Assembly (NCBI GenBank): GCA_039810425.1
Contig: JBDHWW010000006.1
Coordinates: 25,800 to 89,799 of the forward strand
Length of the DNA stretch: 64,000 nt
Source: Pseudobdellovibrionaceae bacterium
Lineage (GTDB): Bacteria > Bdellovibrionota > Bdellovibrionia > Bdellovibrionales > Bdellovibrionaceae
Direction of reading: 5' to 3'
Shown here: positions 10,449 through 19,653 of the stretch, one piece after another
Layout: each line of letters begins with the position of its first letter
Position numbering within the stretch: the first letter of the stretch is position 1
The notes under the pieces: model-generated
What the model was told of the DNA's origin: nothing
What the model saw: the letters and a program-made list of their open reading frames with translations, nothing else
Database searches by the model: none
Translations under genes and position numbers: made by a program

Positions 10449-10867
10449 GTTCCTGGTATTACAATAAAAATCTCAAGCCACAAGGTCCGTTCGATTTTGA
10501 GGAGATGAAGAAGAAAGTTATGCGCGGGGAAATCGGCCCCGGAGATTTGATTTGCAAAGACCGGGAAATGCAATGGCGGATGGCGGTCGAATGGCGGGAT
10601 TTTCCGCGGGAGCTTTTTCCGGCGTTTCAAAAAAACTATTTCAAATCGACGAATCCTGACGAAAAAGAATGGATTCTCTTGCTGTTTAATCAGGAAAATC
10701 CTGAGGGGGTTCAGCAGGGGCCCTATTCAATTGTTCAGGTGAATGGGATGCTGCGGGCGGGAGCCGTGAGTCTCGAAGATTACGTTTGGCGCAGCGGTCT
10801 TTCAGGTTGGGTGCATATCAAAGACCGCGCCGAGTTTGCGCGGACCGCTACTTCACTTGATCTTTAA
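10445..10867 (+). CDS. Tandem GYF_2 (DUF4339) domain protein
   Basis: Two W...QGPF/Y...G....D.(I/V)..W repeats; the second ends YVWRSGLSGW. Confidence 0.8.
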   Translation: MSSWYYNKNLKPQGPFDFEEMKKKVMRGEIGPGDLICKDREMQWRMAVEWRDFPRELFPAFQKNYFKSTNPDEKEWILLLFNQENPEGVQQGPYSIVQVNGMLRAGAVSLEDYVWRSGLSGWVHIKDRAEFARTATSLDL

Positions 10868-11120
10868 ATTCTTTGCCGGGCTTAAAGCGCGGGATTCGGC
10901 CGCCGGGAATTTGCACAGACGCGCCTGTCTTGGGATTGCGTCCAGAACGGGCTTTGTGGGTCGTGCGTGAAAAGCTGCCAAAGCCAACGAGTTTTACCTC
11001 GTCACCTTTTGAAACCGTTTTTTGGATCACTTCCAGGGTGGCATCGAGAATCTGCTCCGATTGCTGTTTGGTGGTGTGGGTCAGTTCCGCGACTTTTTCT
11101 ACGAGTTGTGCCTTGTTCAT
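10848..11120 (-). CDS. hup: HU family DNA-binding protein
   Basis: MNKAQLV, VKLVGFGSF, GRNPKTG and PRFKPGK motifs. Confidence 0.95.
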   Translation of the reverse strand: MNKAQLVEKVAELTHTTKQQSEQILDATLEVIQKTVSKGDEVKLVGFGSFSRTTHKARSGRNPKTGASVQIPGGRIPRFKPGKEFKDQVK

Positions 11121-11168
11121 AGGGGGCTATAGATACTCAAAATACTGATTTATGTCACCGGATTTACA

Positions 11169-11197
11169 TTGGAATTGACGCAGAATTTTGGTAGTTT
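11169..11197 (+). promoter_or_regulatory. Putative sigma-70 promoter for argS (likely leaderless)
   Basis: TTGGAA-N17-TAGTTT with TG extension, 6 nt before the ATG; no Shine-Dalgarno. Confidence 0.4.
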
Positions 11198-11203
11198 TTT
11201 GGC

Positions 11204-12916
11204 ATGATTCAAATCGCTAAAACCCAGATCGCAAATCTTTTAAGCCCCGTGACGCAACTTCCAGTGGAGGACCTGCAAAAAACACTTGAAAAGCCGAAAC
11301 AGTTTGAACATGGACATATTGCTTTTCCGGTATTTGCACTGGCGAAAACACGGCGCGTGGCTCCTCCGCAAATCGCCGGTGATTTGGCCGCGAAAGTCCA
11401 AGAAGAGATTCAGGCCGGGAACGCTCCTTTTTTGGAAAAGGTCCAGGCGGTCGGCGGCTTTCTTAATTTTACCTTTAAAAATTCTTATTTGCAGGAAGTG
11501 CTTTTTACCAGTCTTTTGCGGGATCGCGTTGGCTATTCCGGCAATGGAAAAAATAAAACCGTGGTGATCGACTATGCTTCGCCGAATGTGGCAAGGCCAA
11601 TGCACGTCGGTCATTTGCGTGCTGCGATGGTCGGTCAAGCGATCCGCAACCTCGCGGAGTCTCAAGGTTACAAAGTCATCGGCGTGAACCACCTCGGCGA
11701 CTGGGGAAGCCAGTTCGGAAAGCTCGCCTGGGCTTATCAAAAATGGGGCAAGGAGTACAGTTTCGCAAAGCCGATGGACGACTTGGTGAAGATGTACGTG
11801 CGTTTCCATGAAGAGGCAGCGAAAAACCCAGAGCTAGAAGTTGAAGCGGCGGCGGCATTCAAGCGCCTTGAAAACGGCGATACGGAGCTTAAAAAAATCT
11901 GGCAAATGATCGTGGACTTTTCGCTCAAAGATTACGATCGTCTTTTAAATGGCATGCTGAAGGTGAAACACGACGCGGTCTTGGGTGAGTCGTTCTACAC
12001 CGACAAGATGGATAACGTGGTGAATCTTCTGAAACAAAAAGGTCTTTTGCAAGAGAGCGAAGGCGCGCAGGTTGTTTTCTTTGACGAAAAAGAAAACATG
12101 CCTCCGTGTATTATCAAAAAGAGTGACGGGGCCTCTATTTACGCAACTCGAGATTTGGCGACGGCAATCTATCGCCATGATGTACAGAAAGCCGATGAAC
12201 TGCTCTACGTCGTAGGTCAGGATCAGACCTTGCATTTCCGCCAAGTTTTTAAAGTCCTTGAGATGATGGGTTTTGAATGGGCGCAAACGTGCCACCATAT
12301 TTCTTTCGGTCTCTATCGGTTTAAAGAAGGCAAGATGTCGACGCGCGCAGGCCGCGTGGTGCATTTTGAAGACGTCGTCATCCAGGCGGTTGAGCTCGTG
12401 CAAAAGATGATTGAAGAAAAAAACCCGGCTCTTGAAAACAAAGAAACGGTGGCAAAGCAAGTCGCCCTAGGGGCGGTGATTTTTAACGATTTGGTCAATG
12501 ATCGCATGAAAAACGTCGAGTTCGATTGGGACCGAATTTTAAGCGTTGAGGGTGACAGTGGACCCTATGTGCAATACACGGTGGTTCGTTGTAAGAGTAT
12601 CTTGCGTAAGTACGGAAAAACAGCGCCGCAAGCGGCAAGCATGGATCTTACCCATGAGGAAGAACGCGAACTTGTTTTCCGGCTTCTGCAATTTGAGGAT
12701 ATTTTGACCGGCGCTTATAAACAGTACCGCCCAAATATTCTTGCTCAGTACTTGCTGGAGGTCTGTGGCACCTTTAGCCACTTCTATCACAAGTGCAGGA
12801 TCATTGGCGAGGCGCCGGAGGTGGAATCTTCACGCATCGCTTTGGTTGCGGCGACGGAGAAAGTCCTGGTTCAAGGTTTGAAAGTCTTAAACATCGAAGC
12901 CCCTGAGGCGATGTAG
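11204..12916 (+). CDS. argS: Arginine--tRNA ligase
   Basis: SPNVARPMHVGH (HIGH motif), NHLGDWG, KMSTR, GPYVQY, C-terminal EAM. Confidence 0.97.
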   Translation: MIQIAKTQIANLLSPVTQLPVEDLQKTLEKPKQFEHGHIAFPVFALAKTRRVAPPQIAGDLAAKVQEEIQAGNAPFLEKVQAVGGFLNFTFKNSYLQEVLFTSLLRDRVGYSGNGKNKTVVIDYASPNVARPMHVGHLRAAMVGQAIRNLAESQGYKVIGVNHLGDWGSQFGKLAWAYQKWGKEYSFAKPMDDLVKMYVRFHEEAAKNPELEVEAAAAFKRLENGDTELKKIWQMIVDFSLKDYDRLLNGMLKVKHDAVLGESFYTDKMDNVVNLLKQKGLLQESEGAQVVFFDEKENMPPCIIKKSDGASIYATRDLATAIYRHDVQKADELLYVVGQDQTLHFRQVFKVLEMMGFEWAQTCHHISFGLYRFKEGKMSTRAGRVVHFEDVVIQAVELVQKMIEEKNPALENKETVAKQVALGAVIFNDLVNDRMKNVEFDWDRILSVEGDSGPYVQYTVVRCKSILRKYGKTAPQAASMDLTHEEERELVFRLLQFEDILTGAYKQYRPNILAQYLLEVCGTFSHFYHKCRIIGEAPEVESSRIALVAATEKVLVQGLKVLNIEAPEAM

Positions 12917-13620
12917 TGAAGTTTTTAGCCCTTTTTCTGACGTGTATAATTTGTGCGGGCCCAGCCTTTGCTGAAACTGTGACCGGTGAGGGTTTTGAAC
13001 AGAAGACGGACTTTGGAAAAAAGTTATTTGATCTCGATATCAGAATCGACACATCCGATGGCCTGACGAAAACGACGGCCACTTATAAAGATCTTAAAGG
13101 TCAGCCGACCGTTGAAGAAAGAGGCGTTGTTAAAGGCGATGAATTGATTTCATTTGACGTAGATCAAATGCAAATCAAAGAAAAAGGCCGTATTGAAGTT
13201 CAGGGCGACAAGGTTTTTTTTACCTATGAAAAAGGCGGTAAGAAGAAGACTGCGGACGAAAAGCTCAAGAAGCCGCTTTTAACTCCGGCGAACTTTAATC
13301 TTTACGTTTCAAGTCACTGGGCTGATTTTTCCAGCGGCAAAGAAGTCGAAGTGCGCTTTGCTATTTGGTACCGTCTTGAGACGGTGGGGTTTAAAATCTT
13401 TAAAGTCGGTGAAACGCTGAAAGGTTCCCAAAAGCTGATTCAACTCCGTATGAAGCCAAGCAGCTTTGTCATTGCTGCGTTGGTGGATCCATTGAATCTT
13501 TGGTACACCGAAGACGGGCAGAAACTTATAGATCTTTCAGGGCGTGTTTCGACAATGCTGCCTAATGGGACAGGTTTTAAAGATCTCGACGCCGATGTTC
13601 GCTATACGCACCACAATTAA
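12916..13620 (+). CDS. Secreted hypothetical protein
   Basis: Sec signal ending AFA; beta-rich; start overlaps the argS stop. Confidence 0.7.
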   Translation: MKFLALFLTCIICAGPAFAETVTGEGFEQKTDFGKKLFDLDIRIDTSDGLTKTTATYKDLKGQPTVEERGVVKGDELISFDVDQMQIKEKGRIEVQGDKVFFTYEKGGKKKTADEKLKKPLLTPANFNLYVSSHWADFSSGKEVEVRFAIWYRLETVGFKIFKVGETLKGSQKLIQLRMKPSSFVIAALVDPLNLWYTEDGQKLIDLSGRVSTMLPNGTGFKDLDADVRYTHHN

Positions 13621-13808
13621 ACAGAGCTTGGTGCTCTCCGCCTGAGACCCTATTGTTGCAGATTGGGACTTTGTCTCGTGTCTCAACTCTCGTAGATGTC
13701 ATAGACGCGGTCAAAGATATCGACAGATGCATGGAACTTAACCATGTGAAAACACGTTCTGCAGGGATGGACCCATGTTTGCATTGATGTTCAAGCATGG
13801 GGGAAGTC

Positions 13809-14786
13809 ATGTTTAAGAAATTGTCTTTATTGTTCGTTGGCGCTTGTTTGATCGTTATGTTTCAAAACTGTGCGCAAAACGTAGCTTTTAAACCAGATGA
13901 CGCCTTAAGCATGGGTTCCAGCAGTGGGAATCCCAGCGCGGTGAGTCCGGAGACAACTTTTAGTGACAACGATGCTTCTCAATCCGGCCCGCCCGCGGTT
14001 TCTGAGAAAGAAAATAACGAAACATTTAAAGTGATGTTTAACAGCGAAGCAGCTCCGCTGGATATGATCTGGGTGATAGACAACTCGGGCTCTATGAGTG
14101 CCGAGGCGGCGCTCGTTCGTAGGAATTTCGATGTATTCCTGACGACTCTGAATAAAAGTACAAACTTTCGCTTGTTGCTGGTCAGTCAGCCGGGCAATTC
14201 AGGCACACTCGTTTCTATTCCCAGCAGCTTTGATCCTGCAACTCATAAGCAGATCAATCAGCGTGTGGAATCAAATAACGGACCTCAACTGCTGTTGAAC
14301 CAATTAAAGATGCTCCCGGCTGGGTTCTTGCGTGAGGACTCTAAAAAGATTGTGGTATTTGTCACAGATGACAATTCCTCCCTTGGGTCCGCGTCATTCA
14401 TGAGTTCTTTGTTGGCCCAACAGAAATGGTCGGCAAAAGACGTGAGTGTTTCGTCGTTCATCGGTCTGGACAAGGCAAGCAGTCCATGTATGGACAGTGT
14501 TGGTGCGGTCTATAAGGAGCTTGCAACATCGACGGGCGGCCGTAACTACAATATTTGTCTGCAAGACTGGAGCGGGCATTTTAATGATTTGATGAATTCG
14601 TCCGTGTCTAAGGCGATTCGTCGCTTTACATTGGGCGTGGATGCCGTGAAATCCATCTCCGTAGTGAAGGTCAACGGCCTGGTTTTGGATAAGAGTGCTT
14701 ACTCGGTTTTGGGCAAGGTCGTGACTCTGGACGATGGAGTGAATTTACCTGAGAACTCGATGGTGGCAGTCGAATATAAATACTAA
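13809..14786 (+). CDS. vWA-domain lipoprotein (CglB-like)
   Basis: Lipobox MFQNC; MIDAS VIDNSGSM; VFVTDD; C...NIC pair; C-terminal beta domain. Confidence 0.8.
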   Translation: MFKKLSLLFVGACLIVMFQNCAQNVAFKPDDALSMGSSSGNPSAVSPETTFSDNDASQSGPPAVSEKENNETFKVMFNSEAAPLDMIWVIDNSGSMSAEAALVRRNFDVFLTTLNKSTNFRLLLVSQPGNSGTLVSIPSSFDPATHKQINQRVESNNGPQLLLNQLKMLPAGFLREDSKKIVVFVTDDNSSLGSASFMSSLLAQQKWSAKDVSVSSFIGLDKASSPCMDSVGAVYKELATSTGGRNYNICLQDWSGHFNDLMNSSVSKAIRRFTLGVDAVKSISVVKVNGLVLDKSAYSVLGKVVTLDDGVNLPENSMVAVEYKY

Positions 14787-14854
14787 AGCGGTCATTTATA
14801 GCCAAACCCAGTTTGGTGAACCTCGCACGCCAAACCATGGTCTGGTTTTTTAGG

Positions 14855-14881
14855 GAGACAGTCTCAACTTGAGACTGTCTC
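14855..14881. repeat. 27-bp palindrome containing GTCTCA-N3-TGAGAC
   Basis: GAGACAGTCTCAA-C-TTGAGACTGTCTC, with perfect 13-bp arms. Confidence 0.85.
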
Positions 14882-14906
14882 AATTTTTTCTAAGGATTGC
14901 CGATAA
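14880..14906 (+). promoter_or_regulatory. Putative sigma-28 (FliA) promoter
   Basis: TCAA-N15-GCCGATAA (perfect -10), 7 nt before ATG 14914. Confidence 0.65.
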
Positions 14907-14913
14907 GCACCCT

Positions 14914-15606
14914 ATGAAAAGAATCTCAAATTCTTTATTTGTCATAGTTTGTTTAAGTATCACGGTCGGCCTGTTATGGGGTTACAACGAGTTTACAAAC
15001 TACTTCAATCAAGGCAAAGAATATCAAGTTCAAGTGCATCAGTTGCGTCAGCAAGTTGAGAGAGAAGAATTTAAGAATGCCCTTTTGCAAAACCAGCTCA
15101 CAGACTTTAAACAGAGTGTTGCTGCCGTATTACCGCCAAATTCTGAAATTAAAAACGACATTGCCGGCTATGAAATGAAGAACTTCGCAAGCGCGCTGCG
15201 TGTGCCTGCGAGCGAAGCTCAGATCGATCTTTCCGGTCTCGTTTTCGAAAAGGGCAAAAAGTTTTTTAAAGAACAAAAGTACGAAAAGGCCATCAAAGAG
15301 TTCCGCAAAGTCTTGGATGAATATCCGCTGTCTCGCTACAAGGTGGAAAGTCATTTCTTTATTACGGAAGGTTACTTTTTACAAAAAGATTATAAGAACA
15401 GCTTAGACCTGATTGACCAGATGTTGCAGCAGTATCCGGATAACGACCTCACGGGCTTTGTAATGCTTCGCATGGGGCAAATCAGCGAGCTGAATAACCG
15501 CCTGGAAGAGGCTTCAGAAGTTTATAAAACTGTTCAGACACACTTTAAAAATGATCAATTGCGCGCCCAAGCCCGCAAGTTGTTTGAAGGTGTTCAGGTC
15601 GAGTAA
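14914..15606 (+). CDS. Membrane-anchored coiled-coil/TPR protein (CpoB/BamD-like TPR)
   Basis: N-terminal TM, coiled coil, then TPR pattern (YEKAIKEF..V...YP.S; QQYPDN). Confidence 0.75.
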   Translation: MKRISNSLFVIVCLSITVGLLWGYNEFTNYFNQGKEYQVQVHQLRQQVEREEFKNALLQNQLTDFKQSVAAVLPPNSEIKNDIAGYEMKNFASALRVPASEAQIDLSGLVFEKGKKFFKEQKYEKAIKEFRKVLDEYPLSRYKVESHFFITEGYFLQKDYKNSLDLIDQMLQQYPDNDLTGFVMLRMGQISELNNRLEEASEVYKTVQTHFKNDQLRAQARKLFEGVQVE

Positions 15607-16352
15607 TGAAAAAAATCGCGCAGGTTTTACTTTTTGTTGCCGCTTTTCAAATGGAAGTGCGTGTGCGCGCTTCCGAGGCGACAATGACTTATCCTGAAAA
15701 TTGCCTCGGCAGAACAGTGCCTTGCTCTTTCAAAGTGACGGAAGATAAATGGTCCTTTGAAGCGGGAAATGTGAAGCTCAATGCCGCGAACGACACTATT
15801 CTGACGGCCGAGGATGTCAAATCCAAAGAATGGAAACTGGTTTCCGGAACCCTTTGGGTACAAAACGGGCCCTCTGTAAAAATCAAAACAGTTTCTGCAC
15901 AGGCTGAAGGCAGCAGCGGTCAGTACTGGGTTTTTGTGCAAAAAGACGGGCGTGTGGTCTTTCGCAACATTGCCTCAAAGCTTATTGTGACTTTTAAGGA
16001 TCAGACGAAGCTTGAAATCCCGCGTGGTTTTGAAATTTGGGTCGGCAATGTGAACTCCCAAGCAAAAACTGAGCATGGCATGATTGAGCCAATCAATCTC
16101 AGGGAACATTTGAAGGTTTGGTATGGGCTCTATCCCGGAAAGCGCGCGCAGTTTGTTTCTGAAGTTCAGGATTTGAAAGATCAGTGGTCAGACCTTGTCG
16201 AGCAGAGCGGTGATATCTACAAAAAAGTGGCTGAACGCGAACTGGCGGCGTTGGATGATAAGAAGCGCGCACAGCTTGAAATTCAGCGTAAAAAAGAAGA
16301 AGAACGCCTGCGCATTCGTGCCGAATTCCATCGGCGTGTTTTTGATCAATAA
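15606..16352 (+). CDS. Secreted protein with a FecR-like beta domain and charged C-terminal helix
   Basis: Signal peptide; LVSGTLWV FecR-like strand pattern; start overlaps the upstream stop. Confidence 0.55.
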   Translation: MKKIAQVLLFVAAFQMEVRVRASEATMTYPENCLGRTVPCSFKVTEDKWSFEAGNVKLNAANDTILTAEDVKSKEWKLVSGTLWVQNGPSVKIKTVSAQAEGSSGQYWVFVQKDGRVVFRNIASKLIVTFKDQTKLEIPRGFEIWVGNVNSQAKTEHGMIEPINLREHLKVWYGLYPGKRAQFVSEVQDLKDQWSDLVEQSGDIYKKVAERELAALDDKKRAQLEIQRKKEEERLRIRAEFHRRVFDQ

Positions 16353-16478
16353 ATCCCGACCTTTTGCGAGTTACCAAAGTCCTGTTTTCCCCTAAAAAAA
16401 CACCCTAAGTCCTCTCGAAAACCGCTCTGTGATAGTCTAAAAGCAGGATTTTGTAGATATTTTCAGAGGAGGACAAGC

Positions 16479-18155
16479 ATGTCCAGCATCGGCTCTTCAG
16501 AACGTAAGCGTCAGGATGATCGCGTTCGTCAAACCCGTGAGGATTACGAAACTCGCGAAACCGAGAACCAAAAACGCCAAAAAGCGGAAATGGAGAGCCT
16601 GAATCAAAAGCATTACGCGGAAATCAACCGTTTGAACGAAGAGTTTGGTAAAGAGATGGAAGCGTTAAAGAATCACTATCGCGAAAACCTGAGCGAGCGT
16701 GACCAGGAAAATATGCGTAAAGTGGACGAGGTTCGCAACATATACAAAGGGCAACTTCGTAAGAAAAGCGAAGAGAATGAATCCGATCGCCGCCAGATGC
16801 GCAACGCTTCTGAAGGCGCTTTGAGTAAGCAAAAATCAGTTTCAAAAATGCAACAGGATAACCTCATCGAGCGTCACCGCGATGAGATGACGGAGCAAAG
16901 TGGCAAGTTTGAAGAAATGAGCCACCGCAATCGGGAGGAGATGAAAGAAACTCTGAATCAGCATGATCAAAAGCTTAAGGGGGCCCACGAGAAAGAAATG
17001 AATGCGACCGTCGCAGACCGTGACTTGCAATTGTCAAACAAGGACCGCGATAACAAAGAAATGCGGAAAGCTTTTGAGGGGAAACTCAATGCTGAGCGCC
17101 GTCAGCGTGAGGCTGAGGTCTCGCGCTGGAATCAGAAGTATCGGGACACCGTCGAAAACAACAACGAACAGAACGCCGACAATATGAAAACTCAAGGCAT
17201 GGTATTGCGGGGCGAGCTCAGTGAACTCAACCGCAAGTACAATGATGCCATTGATAAGAAGTACCAGCAACTCGATGATTCCAATCAAGAGCTGCGCGAT
17301 TCCGTAAATGACCGGCTCAACGGTCAGGTGCGGTCCAAGCAGAGCCAGGTGGATCGTTTGAGCAGCAAGCTCAATCATGAAATGATCAATAACGAGCGTT
17401 TGAGAAATATCGAGCGTCGTGATCTTGAAAACAGATTTTCCGAGCAGACCAAGATTCTCGAGAACCAAAAAGAAGGGGCTCTGGAAAACATGAAAGACGT
17501 TAATAAAAAGCGCATCGGTCAAATGGTAGATCAGACCAATAAGACTTTGCGTGAATCTAATCGCGAGCATCGCGGCGAAATGGATATGCTCACGCAAAGA
17601 AATCGCCAGGACCGCGAATTTCTTATGCAGCAGCACAAAGACAGTGTGAACCTGGTCACTGACAATGCCGAGGAGCGCGTAAAGAAAATCACGAAAGTGG
17701 CAAGAGACAATCAAGAGGCCTATAGCAACTATTTCGACAACTCTCTGGACCAGATGAAGGATAATTTTGCCGACCGAATCGAGGGCCAACGGGACAAAAA
17801 CACCGATGATATGGTCCGATTAAATAAAGCGATGGGCGATCGTTTCCGTGGTATGGAGAGAGGGTATAACCAGAAAGTGGATACTCTGACCGCGAACTAT
17901 GAGAATAAAATCAATCAGATGAAAGAAAATCATGAGAAAGAACTCAAACGCATTGAGAATTACTATGCCCAGCGTTTAGACAATAAAAATAAAGAACAAA
18001 AGCAGACGATGAGTTCATTGGAGATGAAATATGAAGCAAAGCTGGCGCAAAACAACGATGCTCACCAGGATCAACTCGATAGAATGAATAGACGTCATCA
18101 GGAAGATATGCAAAACTTGTCCACGAGAATGAGTAACTACAGCAAGAAGGCATAA
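16479..18155 (+). CDS. Highly charged long coiled-coil protein
   Basis: 558 aa rich in E/K/R/Q/N/D/M with no Pro or Cys; strong RBS GAGGAGG. Confidence 0.8.
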   Translation: MSSIGSSERKRQDDRVRQTREDYETRETENQKRQKAEMESLNQKHYAEINRLNEEFGKEMEALKNHYRENLSERDQENMRKVDEVRNIYKGQLRKKSEENESDRRQMRNASEGALSKQKSVSKMQQDNLIERHRDEMTEQSGKFEEMSHRNREEMKETLNQHDQKLKGAHEKEMNATVADRDLQLSNKDRDNKEMRKAFEGKLNAERRQREAEVSRWNQKYRDTVENNNEQNADNMKTQGMVLRGELSELNRKYNDAIDKKYQQLDDSNQELRDSVNDRLNGQVRSKQSQVDRLSSKLNHEMINNERLRNIERRDLENRFSEQTKILENQKEGALENMKDVNKKRIGQMVDQTNKTLRESNREHRGEMDMLTQRNRQDREFLMQQHKDSVNLVTDNAEERVKKITKVARDNQEAYSNYFDNSLDQMKDNFADRIEGQRDKNTDDMVRLNKAMGDRFRGMERGYNQKVDTLTANYENKINQMKENHEKELKRIENYYAQRLDNKNKEQKQTMSSLEMKYEAKLAQNNDAHQDQLDRMNRRHQEDMQNLSTRMSNYSKKA

Positions 18156-18160
18156 GTTTC

Positions 18161-19648
18161 ATGTTAGCAGATCGCAGAGCTAAGATCGTTGCAACCATCG
18201 GCCCATCCACTCGCGATGAGGCTTCTCTTGAAAAAGCAATCAAAGCCGGGCTTAATGTGGCCCGGCTTAATTTCAGCCATGGCAGCCATGAGGATCACCT
18301 CAAAGTGATTCACACGGTTCGCAAACTTTCCCGCGAACTCCGGGCGCCGGTGACAATCCTGCAAGACTTGCAGGGTCCTAAAATCCGCGTGGGGAAATTT
18401 GAAAAGGGCGCTATTCCGCTAAAAAAAGGCGACAAGCTCGTTGTCACTACAGACAATGTTTTGGGGCGTGAAGGTCTTATCCCGAGTGATTTTAAAGAAC
18501 TTCCTCAGTCTGTGCAGGCGGGCACCAAAATCCTTTTGGATGATGGCTTGCTGGAACTGATGGTTTTGCAAGTTCGTGGCAATGAAGTGGATGTCGAAGT
18601 GGTCTTTGGTGGTGTTTTGAAAGACCGTAAAGGGATGAATCTTCCGGGAGCGAATCTCCCGGTCGACTGCATGACGGCAAAGGATTTGGAAGATCTCGAA
18701 TTTGGTCTTGCGAATGGCGTTGACTATGTCGCTCTGAGTTTCGTTCGTCATCCACGGGATATTCGCAAGCTGCGTGAAATTATTGAAAGCAAGAAGTCGC
18801 CGGCAAGAATTTGCGCCAAGATTGAAATGGTAGAAGCTCTCGATAATCTCGAAGAGATTGCTCGCCTCAGTGACGCGATCATGGTGGCGCGCGGGGACTT
18901 GGCTGTTGAAGTTGGCCAAACGCTGTTGCCTGGTATTCAAAAGAAAATCATCACTCTTTGTAATCAACTCAGAAAACCTGTTATTACAGCGACTCAAATG
19001 TTGGATAGTATGGTTGAAAATCCTCGTCCGACGAGAGCAGAAATCACGGATGTCGCGAATGCCGTGCTGGATGGGTCGGATGCTCTGATGCTTTCGGCGG
19101 AGTCGGCAAGCGGTAGACATCCGTTCCTGGCGATCCGGACTATGCATGACATTATTGTTGAGGTGGAGCGTACGGAAGAGAAGTACTATAAGATCTCACT
19201 TGAAAACGAATTCCTAAGTCCTCCGGCGGCGATTGCCGCGAGTGCGAGCTTGTCAGCGCTAAAGCTGAATGCGCAAGCGATTGTATGTCTTACGACGACC
19301 GGGAAGACGGCAAATATTATTGCCAGCTATCGCCCCAAGGCGCGCATTATCGCAGTCACAGACCGTATGGATGTGTTGAATACCCTGGAACTGACTTGGG
19401 GCATTCAAACGCTGACTCTGAAGCCTTACAAGACAATGGAAGATATCCTTGATCAGGTGGACAGCCTCCTTGTGAGGAATGGCTTGGCCAAGACCGGAGA
19501 TCGCGTGATCTTTACTCTCGGTCAGCCGATTTCAGACGCCGCAAAGACGAATGCTCTCTTCTTGCATATTGTGGGTGCTGAAAATCAAGTGCGCGCGAAG
19601 GATGATGAGCTGCCACTCCGTTGCCAGGCGGATCCAAATATTCAGTAA
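18161..19648 (+). CDS. pyk: Pyruvate kinase
   Basis: KIVATIGP, RLNFSHG, DLQGPKIR, MVARGDL, ATQMLDSM and PTRAE motifs. Confidence 0.97.
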   Translation: MLADRRAKIVATIGPSTRDEASLEKAIKAGLNVARLNFSHGSHEDHLKVIHTVRKLSRELRAPVTILQDLQGPKIRVGKFEKGAIPLKKGDKLVVTTDNVLGREGLIPSDFKELPQSVQAGTKILLDDGLLELMVLQVRGNEVDVEVVFGGVLKDRKGMNLPGANLPVDCMTAKDLEDLEFGLANGVDYVALSFVRHPRDIRKLREIIESKKSPARICAKIEMVEALDNLEEIARLSDAIMVARGDLAVEVGQTLLPGIQKKIITLCNQLRKPVITATQMLDSMVENPRPTRAEITDVANAVLDGSDALMLSAESASGRHPFLAIRTMHDIIVEVERTEEKYYKISLENEFLSPPAAIAASASLSALKLNAQAIVCLTTTGKTANIIASYRPKARIIAVTDRMDVLNTLELTWGIQTLTLKPYKTMEDILDQVDSLLVRNGLAKTGDRVIFTLGQPISDAAKTNALFLHIVGAENQVRAKDDELPLRCQADPNIQ

Positions 19649-19653
19649 AAAAC

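Noticed and set aside
17034..19147. Antisense ORFs of 251 and 242 aa over the coiled-coil gene and pyk
   Set aside because: Shadow ORFs; the hydrophobic look is the complement of charged codons.
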